Notes under the pieces: model-generated
The model's input: the letters and a program-made list of their open reading frames with translations, nothing else
Told to the model about the DNA's origin: nothing
The model's database searches: none
Source: Alphaproteobacteria bacterium
GTDB lineage: Bacteria; Pseudomonadota; Alphaproteobacteria; GCA-2731375
Reading direction: 5' to 3'
Assembly: GCA_965232515.1 (NCBI GenBank)
Contig: CBDDPY010000002.1
Location: 3,008,001 to 3,072,000 of the forward strand
Length of the DNA stretch: 64,000 nucleotides
Shown here: positions 39,171-47,599 of the stretch, piece after piece
Numbering within the stretch: the first letter of the stretch is position 1
Layout of the letters: each line of letters opens with the position of its first letter
Translations under genes and position numbers: made by a program

Positions 39171-39992
39171 TCACGCCGCTGACAGCTCAAATACGCGACG
39201 GGCGTTGCCGGAGAGGAACAGCGCCTGCACGTCGTCGGCCAGGTCGAGGGCGTCGAGGCCAGCGAGGCAGCGGCTGGGCGACAGCATGGGCCAGTTGGTC
39301 CCGAACAGGACGCGGCTCTTGCCGGCGCCTTTCATGAAGGCGACGAGCTCGGGCGGCAGGCGATGCACGGCATAGGCCGAGGTGTCGACATAGAAATTCG
39401 GGAACTTGTGGGCGAGCGAGATCACCTCGTTCACCCAGGGGAAGCCGACATGGCCGCCGACCACGACGAGCTCGGGAAACTCGAGCAGCACGTCCTCCAG
39501 ATAGGGGATCGGCCGGCCCGGCTCAGAGCGGCAGAGCGGCCCGGTATGGCCGATCTGTGTGCAGAACGGCACGCCGGCATCGATGCAGGCGGCGTAGACC
39601 GGATAGTAGCGCCGGTCGTTCGGCGGCAGGTCCCAGAGCCAGGGCACGACCCGCACGCCGACAAAGCGCTCGCCATCCACCCACTGCCGGATGTCGCGCA
39701 CTGCCTGCATCGGCTCCCGAAGGTCAACCGTCGCCAGGCCCCGGAACCGGTCCGGCGCCTGTTCGATCTTCCCGGCCACGTCCTCGTTCGAAATCAGCAC
39801 CCCGTCCGGCCCGCACCAGGCCGACAGCAGGGCAATCTCCACCCCGCCCTCATCCATGGCCGCAAGCGTCGTCTCGACCGTCGGCACGCTGCCGTCGTCC
39901 GGCCGCCCGGTCCAGCGCAGCAGCGTTTTCAGCCACGGCGCCGCCGCCATGCGCGGCGTCGTGATCTGCGCCCAAACATCGATCGCGCCCAT
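39171..39992 (-). CDS. Amidohydrolase family protein (amidohydro_2-like)
   Basis: YYPVY..C....VP...Q.GH.GP, FPELVVVGGHVG.PW, YVDTSA, VLFGTNWP. Confidence 0.88.
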   Translation of the reverse strand: MGAIDVWAQITTPRMAAAPWLKTLLRWTGRPDDGSVPTVETTLAAMDEGGVEIALLSAWCGPDGVLISNEDVAGKIEQAPDRFRGLATVDLREPMQAVRDIRQWVDGERFVGVRVVPWLWDLPPNDRRYYPVYAACIDAGVPFCTQIGHTGPLCRSEPGRPIPYLEDVLLEFPELVVVGGHVGFPWVNEVISLAHKFPNFYVDTSAYAVHRLPPELVAFMKGAGKSRVLFGTNWPMLSPSRCLAGLDALDLADDVQALFLSGNARRVFELSAA

Positions 39993-40003
39993 GCCAAATC
40001 TCC

Positions 40004-40027
40004 ATTTACTTCACTTATGAAGTAAAT
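40004..40027. promoter_or_regulatory. Probable MarR operator
   Basis: Perfect inverted repeat ATTTACTTCA-ctta-TGAAGTAAAT just upstream of the amidohydrolase start, with a divergent MarR gene. Confidence 0.7.
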
Positions 40028-40085
40028 AATCACCTATACGGACGAACGCAAGGCCGGCAGTTAAGGATGCCGCCCCGGGTGCCGC

Positions 40086-40172
40086 TGGATGCCCGGATCA
40101 AGTCCGGGCATGACCGTTAAGGCATTGACGCAACAAACAATTCGTCATTGCCGGACTTGGCCCGGCAATCCA
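40086..40172. repeat. Palindromic intergenic repeat, family A
   Basis: TGGATGCCCGGATCAAGTCCGGGCATGAC..CGTCATTGCCGGACTTGGCCCGGCAATCCA. Confidence 0.85.
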
Positions 40173-40238
40173 GGGCAAAGCGTCGTGCCGGTCCGCGAAG
40201 ATTGGCGCGCGTGATCGACAGCCGTTAGTCTGTGCGCC

Positions 40239-40697
40239 ATGTCGGCCGCCGAACACCGCCTCTATTTTCTGTTGCAGATCGCCGCCCACCGCCTGCGCAC
40301 CGAGGCCGACCGGGCGCTGCTGGACACGGCCGGCGTGACCACGGCGCAAGCCGCCGTGCTGCAGCTTGTCGCCAGCCTGTCCGAGCCGACCCAGCGCAAG
40401 CTCGCCGAGTTGCTGCAGCAGAACGAGTCAGCGATCACCGCCATGGTCGGCCGGCTGACGGCGGCGGGCCTGATCGTCCGCGCCCCGCACCCGACCGACG
40501 GCCGGGCCTGGATCCTCGAACTGACGCCGCAGGGCGAGGCCGCGATCGAGGCCGGCCGTCCGGCCTTCAACGCCATCAACGCCGCCCTCGACGCCGCCAT
40601 CGGTGACAAAAACACCGCCCGGTTCGGCGCCACGCTCCGGGCCATCACCGACGAACTTGCCGCCCGGCAGCGGGATGGCGACAAGGCCGCCGACTAA
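40239..40697 (+). CDS. MarR-family transcriptional regulator
   Basis: GVTTAQ..VL, TQRKLAELL, ITAMVGRL...GLI.R....D.RA..LELT..G. Confidence 0.92.
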   Translation: MSAAEHRLYFLLQIAAHRLRTEADRALLDTAGVTTAQAAVLQLVASLSEPTQRKLAELLQQNESAITAMVGRLTAAGLIVRAPHPTDGRAWILELTPQGEAAIEAGRPAFNAINAALDAAIGDKNTARFGATLRAITDELAARQRDGDKAAD

Positions 40698-42490
40698 GGC
40701 TTTTCGTCCGGCGCCGCCGCGTCCAAGCCCGCCTGACGCAGGCCATCGAGAAAATAGAGGTCGTCGGCGGGGTTCTTGTAGAGCGGATGCAAGGCCCAGC
40801 GCCGCGCGAAGCCGGGATCGAGGCGCTCGCATTCCGCCAGCGCCGCCCGCGCCTCGTCGGCCCGGTCCAGATGCCCCAGCGCCGCGGCGTGCACCAGATG
40901 CGCCAGCGCATAGTCCGCCCGCCGCTGGATCGCCGTCTCGGCCCAGCGCGCCGCATCCTCGGGCGCCCGCGCGTTCAGATACGCGCGGGCCACCATGACG
41001 ATGGTGAAGTGGATGCGCGGGTTCTGCGGGTTCAGCTTCAGCGAGCGTTCCATATTGACGATGCCGTCGTCCGGCTGGCCGGCGAGGCTCTGCGCGATGC
41101 CGAGCGCCGAGAACGCCACCGCGTTCGAGGGATTGAGCCGCACCGCCTCCTCGCCGGCCGCGATCGCCTGGGTAAGCTGCCGGTCCCAGGTGAAGGCGAA
41201 GGCCAGCACGCAATGGGCCTCGGAATTCGCCGGATCCAACGTCACTGCCTGCCGCGACGCCGCCAGCATGTCCCCGATCGCCGCCGCCCGATCCTCGACC
41301 GATCGGAACAGCAGGTCTCGGTGATAGCTGGTGGCAAGGCCGACATAGCCCTCGGCATAGGCCGGGTCGAGCCCGATCGCCTGCGCGAACAGGTCCCGCG
41401 CCTCCCGGTTGCCGGCGGGCGTGAAAGCTTCCAGCAGTGCCCGTCCCTGCAGGCAATGCCGCCAGGCCGTCATGTCGGTCGGCCGCACCGGCGCCACCCG
41501 CGCGCGCTCGGCCCGCTCCACCTCGGGCGCGATCGTCGCCGCGATATGGTCGGTGATTTCGTCCTGCAGCGTGAAAACGTCGTCGGCCTCGCGGTCGAAC
41601 TTTTCCGCCCAGAGGTGATGGCCCGTCGCGGCGTCGATGAACTGGGCATTGACCCGGACCCGGCCGGCTCCGGTGCGGATGCTGCCTTCCAGCACGTAGC
41701 GGGCGCCGAGCTCGCGCGCCGCGACGCGCACGTCGGACGACTGGCCCTTGTAGGCAAAGGTCGAGTTGCGGGCGATCACCGGGAACGAGCGCCAGGCGGC
41801 CAATGCCGTGATGATGTCTTCTGTCAGGCCGTCGACGAAATAGTCGTCCGCCGGATTGCCGCCCATATTGTCGAACGGCAGCACGGCCACCGCCTGCCAG
41901 TCCTCGTCCGCGACCGCCGGTTCGACAGCCGTTTCGACCGCCGGGGCCGGGTTTACGGCCTCGTCGCCGTTCATGACGACCTGATAGGCGCGGATGGGCC
42001 GGCCGATATTCTTGAGCGTCACGTCGCCGAGATCGACGAACGAAAATTCAGGGCTGGCGGCGAGATTGCCGTGCACCATGTCCGAAATGCAGATCCCGCC
42101 CGGCGGCGCCAGCCCCTCCAGCCGCGCCGCGACGTTGACGCCGTCGCCGAGATAGTTGCCCCGGTCGACCACCACGTCGCTCAAATGCAATCCGAACCGC
42201 ATCAGCATCCGCCGGTCCTCGGGCACGTCGGCGTTGACGTCGGCCAGGAAGCGCTGCACGTCGACGGCGCAAGCAAGCGCGTCGAGGACGCTGCCGAATT
42301 CGAACACCACGCTGTCGCCGGCTGAGTTGAACAGCCGGCCATGGTGGTCTTCCGCCACGTCGACGATGTATTCGCGATAGGCCGTCCAGTTCTGAACCGC
42401 CAGTTCCTCGTTCAGCCCCATCAGCCGGCTATAGCCGACGACGTCGCCGGCCAGGATCGCGACCAGCTTGCGTCTCATCTCCCCCACCAT
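40694..42490 (-). CDS. Class III cyclase - TolB_N-like - TPR protein (catalytic motifs intact)
   Basis: AILAGDVVGYS, AGDS, GDGVNVAARLE, LKNI; AVLPFDN..DYFVDGLTEDII, VIARNSTF, YVLEGS; TPRs. Confidence 0.9.
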   Translation of the reverse strand: MVGEMRRKLVAILAGDVVGYSRLMGLNEELAVQNWTAYREYIVDVAEDHHGRLFNSAGDSVVFEFGSVLDALACAVDVQRFLADVNADVPEDRRMLMRFGLHLSDVVVDRGNYLGDGVNVAARLEGLAPPGGICISDMVHGNLAASPEFSFVDLGDVTLKNIGRPIRAYQVVMNGDEAVNPAPAVETAVEPAVADEDWQAVAVLPFDNMGGNPADDYFVDGLTEDIITALAAWRSFPVIARNSTFAYKGQSSDVRVAARELGARYVLEGSIRTGAGRVRVNAQFIDAATGHHLWAEKFDREADDVFTLQDEITDHIAATIAPEVERAERARVAPVRPTDMTAWRHCLQGRALLEAFTPAGNREARDLFAQAIGLDPAYAEGYVGLATSYHRDLLFRSVEDRAAAIGDMLAASRQAVTLDPANSEAHCVLAFAFTWDRQLTQAIAAGEEAVRLNPSNAVAFSALGIAQSLAGQPDDGIVNMERSLKLNPQNPRIHFTIVMVARAYLNARAPEDAARWAETAIQRRADYALAHLVHAAALGHLDRADEARAALAECERLDPGFARRWALHPLYKNPADDLYFLDGLRQAGLDAAAPDEKP

Positions 42491-42556
42491 CCCCGTAAAG
42501 GCAGGCCGTTTCCGGCCCGCGCCGTTTAGTATGTCACGCCCCACGGTCCGGCACGA

Positions 42557-44347
42557 TCATCCGAGCTCGGCCGCGGCATCGAGCCCCGCCGCGCGCAGGC
42601 CGTCGAGGAAATAGAGGTCGTCGGCCGGGTTCTTGTACATCGGCCTGAGCGCCCAGCGCCGGGCGAAGCCGGGATCGAGGCGCTCGCATTCGTCGAGCGC
42701 AGCGCGGGCTTCGGCGCTGCGCCCGAGATGGCCGAGCGACGCGGCGCCCACGAGATGGCCCAGCGGATAGTCCGCGCGCCGCTGCACCGCGGCCTCCGAC
42801 CAGCGCGCCGCCGCCTCCGGCGCCCGCGCATTGAGGTGGGCGCGCGCCAGCATGGTGATGACGAAATGGATGCGCGGATCCTGTGGGTTCAGGCGCAGCG
42901 ACCGCTCCAGGTTGATGATCCCCTCCTGCGGTCGGCCGGCAAAGCTCTGCGCCATGCCGAGCTGGGCGTAGGCCAGCGCGTTGCTTGGGTTCAGATGCAC
43001 GGCCTCCTCGCCGGCGGCGATCGCCAGATGGAACTGCCGGTCCCAGATCAACCCGAAGCCGAGCACGCAATGGGCCTCGGCATTGGCCTGGTCCAGGCTG
43101 ACGGCCTGCCGCGCGGCTTTGAGCTGCGCCGCGATCGCCTGGCCGCGGTTGGGCGCTGTCTCGAACCAGATCTCGCGATGGTAGCTATAGGCGAGACCGG
43201 TGTAGCCGCCGCTGTAGCCCGGGTCGCGCGCAATCGCCTGCTCGAACATCGTCCGCGCCTCGGCGTTGTCGGCCGCCGTGAACGTTTCCATCAACGCCCG
43301 GCCCTTCAGGCAATAGCGCCAGGCCGTCATATCAGTCGGCCGCGCCCTGGTGACGCGGTCGCGTTCCGCCCGCTCGACCTCCGGCGCGATGGTGGCGGCG
43401 ATATGCTGGCCGATCTCGTCCTGCAGCGCGAAGACATCGTCGGCCTCGCGTTCGAACGTCTCTGCCCAGAGCAACCGCCCCCGCGCGGCGTCGACGAACT
43501 GAACGTTCACCCGCACTTGCTGGTCGACCATACGTACGCTGCCTTCCAGCACATAGCGCGCGCCCAGATCCCGCGCCACCGCCCGCACGTCGGGCGACTT
43601 GCCCTTGTAGGCGAAGGTCGAGTTCCGCGCGATCACCGGAAACGACCGCCAGGCCGCCAAGCCTGTAATAATGTCCTCGCTCAGGCCGTCGACGAAATAG
43701 TCGTCACGCGGGTCGTGGCCCAGATTGATGAACGGCAGCACGGCGACGCTCGCCTGTTCGCCGGCCTCGTCCGCCGGCGCCTGCTCCGACGTCAGCGCCG
43801 CGGACGCATGATCGGCGCCGTTAAGCTCGACCCGGTAGGCCCGCATCGGCGGCGCGCCGTCGTTCGGCTTGACCTCGCCCAGCGCGGCGAAGGCGAACTC
43901 GGGACTGGCCGCCACATTGCCGTAGACCATGTCCGACACGCAGATCCCGCCCGGCGCCGCCAGCGCCTCCAGCCCGGCCGCGACGGCGACCCCGTCGCCG
44001 CGATAGGCGCCGCGGTCGACGGCCACCTCGCTCAGATGCAATCCGAACCGCATTAGCATCCGCCGCTCCGGCGACACCGTCTCGTTTACGTCGCGCAGGA
44101 ACTGCTGCACGTCGACGGCGCAGCGCAGGGCGTCAAGCACGCTGCCGAACGCGAACACCATGCCGTTCCCGCCGCCATCGAACCGCCGCCCCTGATGGTC
44201 GTCCACGGCGTCGCCGACATATGCCCGGTAGGCCTTCCAGTTCTGCACCGCCAACTCTTCGTTCTCGGCCACCAGCCTGTCGTAACCGGCGACATCGCCG
44301 GCCAGGATCGCGACCAATTTGCGTTTCATCTCACTCACCCTTGCCAT
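42557..44347 (-). CDS. Paralogous cyclase - TolB_N-like - TPR protein with a degenerate cyclase site
   Basis: Same architecture as 40694-42490, but GGNG replaces AGDS and GDGVAVAAGLE replaces GDGVNVAARLE. Confidence 0.88.
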   Translation of the reverse strand: MARVSEMKRKLVAILAGDVAGYDRLVAENEELAVQNWKAYRAYVGDAVDDHQGRRFDGGGNGMVFAFGSVLDALRCAVDVQQFLRDVNETVSPERRMLMRFGLHLSEVAVDRGAYRGDGVAVAAGLEALAAPGGICVSDMVYGNVAASPEFAFAALGEVKPNDGAPPMRAYRVELNGADHASAALTSEQAPADEAGEQASVAVLPFINLGHDPRDDYFVDGLSEDIITGLAAWRSFPVIARNSTFAYKGKSPDVRAVARDLGARYVLEGSVRMVDQQVRVNVQFVDAARGRLLWAETFEREADDVFALQDEIGQHIAATIAPEVERAERDRVTRARPTDMTAWRYCLKGRALMETFTAADNAEARTMFEQAIARDPGYSGGYTGLAYSYHREIWFETAPNRGQAIAAQLKAARQAVSLDQANAEAHCVLGFGLIWDRQFHLAIAAGEEAVHLNPSNALAYAQLGMAQSFAGRPQEGIINLERSLRLNPQDPRIHFVITMLARAHLNARAPEAAARWSEAAVQRRADYPLGHLVGAASLGHLGRSAEARAALDECERLDPGFARRWALRPMYKNPADDLYFLDGLRAAGLDAAAELG

Positions 44348-44414
44348 CGCGCCGCCCTTCAAAGCGCCCCGCTCCGACGACAAATGTCATCGAGACCGCC
44401 CGCGAATACGAGCT

Positions 44415-44430
44415 TGTCACGGTGAGTCAC
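44415..44430 (-). promoter_or_regulatory. GTGACTCACCGTGACA motif upstream of the cyclase pair
   Basis: 15/16 identical to 46348-46363 (GTGACTCACGGTGACA); contains GANTC. Confidence 0.55.
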
Positions 44431-44497
44431 ATGGTCCTGGCAGGGACTCGGAGGATCTGATCGACAGGCGAAGATCAGCCTTGGCTTCGCATGCCGC

Positions 44498-44584
44498 TGG
44501 ATGCCTGGGTCGCGCCCGGGCATGACGAATTCCTTATTGGAATCAAAAGCTAACCGTCATTGCCGGGCTTGACCCGTCAATCCA
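44498..44584. repeat. Palindromic intergenic repeat, family A
   Basis: TGGATGCCTGGGTCGCGCCCGGGCATGACG..CGTCATTGCCGGGCTTGACCCGTCAATCCA. Confidence 0.85.
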
Positions 44585-44604
44585 GAAAAAAGGCGTCAGC
44601 CGGC

Positions 44605-46272
44605 TCAATCGGGAACGCGCAGGCCCGCCTTCCGCAGGCCATCGACGACCTGACCGATCAGGTCCTCGGGCATGTTCCAGGCGGCGAGGAAGTCCCGGAC
44701 ATACGCGCCCATGTCGGGGACGAGTTCCAGCAGCTTGTCGCAGGCCGCGTGCCCTTCCCGTTCGCGTCCGAGCTGGCCGTAGCACATGGCCAGCAGCATG
44801 TAGGCCGCGAAAAACTGCGGCATCTGCAACTGCTTGGCTTCGGCCAATGCGGCTTCGTAGTCGCCTTGTCGGTAATGGTCGACGACGGCGGCCACGTGGA
44901 ACCAGCCGGGATGGGTCGGGCTTAAGGCGATCGCCTTGTCGGCGAGACCGACGCCACGCTCCCACTCGCCGCTGAAGGCCAGCATGATCCCGTAATCCGC
45001 CAGCATGTCGGCATGGTTCGGGTTCAATGCCACGGCGCGCTCGCCCGTCGCCCGGAAGTCGTCAAGCTCGCCGCGATGGAAGTGCGCGCTGAACAGATAG
45101 TGGTAGGCCATCGAGCTTTCCGGATCGAGCAGCACCGCCCGCTGCGCCGCTTCGAGCGCCCGGTCCAGCGGGTCGCCGTCGCGCCGGGGGTTGAAGCGGA
45201 ACCGCGCTTCGTCGAGATGCATCGCGGCCAGCGCCGCCCAGGCGCCGGCGTATCCCGGATCGAGCTCGACGGCCCGCTCGAGCGCCGCGCGCACCGACTC
45301 GTGCTGTGTGGTTTCGGCGTTGAACCAGTATTCGTAGAACCGAAGCACCGCGTCATAGGCGTCGAGGTGCTGCGAGGACTTGGCGCGGGCCAGCCGCGCG
45401 CCGGCGCGAGCGACGACGCCATAGGGCTGGCCGACGGCGGAAACGATACGGTCGGCGATATCGTCCTGGATCTCGAAGATGTTCTGCGCCGACAGGTCGC
45501 GGTCGTAGGTTTCAGAGAACAGGTGGGTCGCGCTGGCGGCGTCGATCAACTGACCGGTCACCCGGACCATGTCGCCCGCCTTGCGCACGCTGCCCTCCAG
45601 CACGTAGCCGACGCCCAGATCCCTGCCCACGTCGCGCACGTCGATGCGCTGGCCCTTGTACTTGAAGGTCGAGTGGCGCGAGATCACCCGCAGGTTCGGA
45701 AACCGGGTCAGGTCGCTGATGATCTCTTCGGTAACGCCGTCGGCGAAGAAGTCCTGGCCGGGATCGCCGCTAAGGTTCTCGAACGGCAGCACGGCGATCG
45801 CCGGCCCGGTCGGCAGCGCCAGCGCCACGTCGCCCGATGCGGCATCCAGCTCCGCTGCTGCTTCGGGCCGCGCGGGCGCGTCCGACTGTTCCGGCTGCGT
45901 CGCCCGGAACAAAGGCGCATAGGTGCCCTTCGGCAGATCGATCCGGACGCCGTCCGCCCGCCCATCGGTCAGGTAATAGCGCTCCAGCCGCCGGCGCAGG
46001 CGCCCGGCCTCGACCCGGACGATCGTATTGGTCTGCGGATCGAAGCTCTCGTCGCGCTCGAAGACCTCGGTGGCGATGGTGTATTCCTTCAGGCGGTCGC
46101 CACGCTCGGCCAGCGCCTCCTCCACGACAAACGACAGGAACGACTTCATCCGGTCGGACTGCGCGAAGTCGGCACTGCCGAGGATCCGTGCCAATTGTGC
46201 CCGCACGGCGGCATCCGACGGCGCCGCGCCGCCCGCCGACTGGCCCTGAGATGATGATTCGGAGACGGCCAC
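44605..46272 (-). CDS. TolB_N-like/TPR protein with a putative N-terminal DNA-binding domain (no cyclase domain)
   Basis: QLARIL.S..F..S.RM..FL.FVVEE.L...LKEYTIA.EVF.R..FDP....IVRVEAGRLRRRLERYY..PKG.Y.P; AVLPFENLS; TPRs; GTG start after an AGAGG RBS. Confidence 0.85.
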   Translation of the reverse strand: MAVSESSSQGQSAGGAAPSDAAVRAQLARILGSADFAQSDRMKSFLSFVVEEALAERGDRLKEYTIATEVFERDESFDPQTNTIVRVEAGRLRRRLERYYLTDGRADGVRIDLPKGTYAPLFRATQPEQSDAPARPEAAAELDAASGDVALALPTGPAIAVLPFENLSGDPGQDFFADGVTEEIISDLTRFPNLRVISRHSTFKYKGQRIDVRDVGRDLGVGYVLEGSVRKAGDMVRVTGQLIDAASATHLFSETYDRDLSAQNIFEIQDDIADRIVSAVGQPYGVVARAGARLARAKSSQHLDAYDAVLRFYEYWFNAETTQHESVRAALERAVELDPGYAGAWAALAAMHLDEARFRFNPRRDGDPLDRALEAAQRAVLLDPESSMAYHYLFSAHFHRGELDDFRATGERAVALNPNHADMLADYGIMLAFSGEWERGVGLADKAIALSPTHPGWFHVAAVVDHYRQGDYEAALAEAKQLQMPQFFAAYMLLAMCYGQLGREREGHAACDKLLELVPDMGAYVRDFLAAWNMPEDLIGQVVDGLRKAGLRVPD

Positions 46273-46343
46273 CGCTGCCTCTCATATTCTCTAAATGCGA
46301 GACCCCGCAACAGGTTAGCAGCCACCTCCCAGACTGTCGACGG

Positions 46344-46363
46344 CACCGTGACTCACGGTGACA
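46344..46363 (+). promoter_or_regulatory. Palindromic operator-like site centred on GANTC
   Basis: CACCGTGA-C-TCACGGTG perfect palindrome (46344-46360) in the divergent intergenic region before the RND operon. Confidence 0.6.
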
Positions 46364-46450
46364 CACTGCTCTTCGCCCAGCCCCGGCCGCACATTGTCGA
46401 CCGTGCAAGGGCCGCGACCGGCCCGCAATCGAGGCGACGAGAGGCTGAAA

Positions 46451-47596
46451 ATGGGAACCGAAGCGAACGCAACATATCCACATCGGACGATGCGCCTGAC
46501 CGGCCTGGCTGGCGCGTTCGCCGTCCTGCTGGTCCTGCCCGCCTGCCAGGAGGCGGCGCAGGTCGACAAGAACGCCGTGCGGTCGATCAAGTGGACGACC
46601 CTGACGTCAGGCACCGCGGCGCAGGAACGCCGGATCGCCGGCATCGTCGAGCCGGTCGATGTGACTCAGCTCAGCTTCGAGATCCCCGGCCGCGTGCGGA
46701 GCTTGCGCGTCCGCCTGGGCGACCGGGTCAAGGCCGGCGACGTGCTGGCCGAGCTGGACCAGGAACCGTTCCGGCTGCATATCCATCACGCCGAGGCCGA
46801 GGTCGCCGCCGCGCATGCCGTCTACAAGGAAGAAGTCCAGAATCTGGAACGGCAGCGCATCCTTTTCGACAAGGGTTGGATCGCGCAAGCGCGGCTCGAC
46901 ACCGCGGTCGCCAGCCACGACGCGGCCGAGAGCCAGTTCGGCGCCCGCCGGGCGCAGCTCCGCCTGCGCCAGCGCGACCTGCGGCAATCGCTGATGCGGG
47001 CGCCGTTCGACGGCGTGATCTCGAAGAAGACCATCGAGGCCTTCGAGGAAGTGGCGGCCGGCCAGCCGGTGTTCGAGCTGAGCGGCGAGCGCAAGCTGAA
47101 AGTGACGCTGCGCGTGCCGCCGACGCTGATCAACCGCGTGCGCCAGGGCGAGGCGGTCGCCGTCGCGTTCCCCAGCGGCAAAGTCCCCGCCGCCACGGGC
47201 GTCGTCACCGAGATCGGCAGCCGGGCGGCCGAAGCCAACGCCTTTCCCGTGACCGTGACCTTGCGCCAGGCGCCCGACGGCTTGCGCGCCGGCATGTCGG
47301 CCGAGGTTACGTTCCGGTTCGCCGACACGGCCACGCGCGGCGACGGTCTGATGGTGCCGATGGCGGCGATCACCTCCGGCAACGGGCAGGCCAACCATGT
47401 CTTCCGCTTCGACAAGGCCAGCTCGACGGTCCGGCGCGTGCCTGTCGAGATCGAGAACCTGCACTACAACGACGTGCAGATCGCCGGCGACCTGAAGGCC
47501 GGCGACATCATCGCCATCGCCGGCGTCGACTTCCTGAGCGACGGCCAGCAGGTCCGCCTGATGACCAAAGAAATGCCCTATGGGGAGGGAGCCTGA
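46451..47596 (+). CDS. RND efflux periplasmic adaptor (membrane fusion protein)
   Basis: Lipobox-like LPAC, LSFEIPGRV, GDRVKAGDVLAELD, RAPFDGVI, LRAGMSA. Alternative start at 46490. Confidence 0.92.
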   Translation: MGTEANATYPHRTMRLTGLAGAFAVLLVLPACQEAAQVDKNAVRSIKWTTLTSGTAAQERRIAGIVEPVDVTQLSFEIPGRVRSLRVRLGDRVKAGDVLAELDQEPFRLHIHHAEAEVAAAHAVYKEEVQNLERQRILFDKGWIAQARLDTAVASHDAAESQFGARRAQLRLRQRDLRQSLMRAPFDGVISKKTIEAFEEVAAGQPVFELSGERKLKVTLRVPPTLINRVRQGEAVAVAFPSGKVPAATGVVTEIGSRAAEANAFPVTVTLRQAPDGLRAGMSAEVTFRFADTATRGDGLMVPMAAITSGNGQANHVFRFDKASSTVRRVPVEIENLHYNDVQIAGDLKAGDIIAIAGVDFLSDGQQVRLMTKEMPYGEGA

Positions 47597-47599
47597 GCC

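Noticed and set aside
44415-44431. CRP/FNR-type box upstream of the cyclases
   Set aside because: Spacing does not fit TGTGA-N6-TCACA or TTGAT-N4-ATCAA, so it is treated as a distinct motif.
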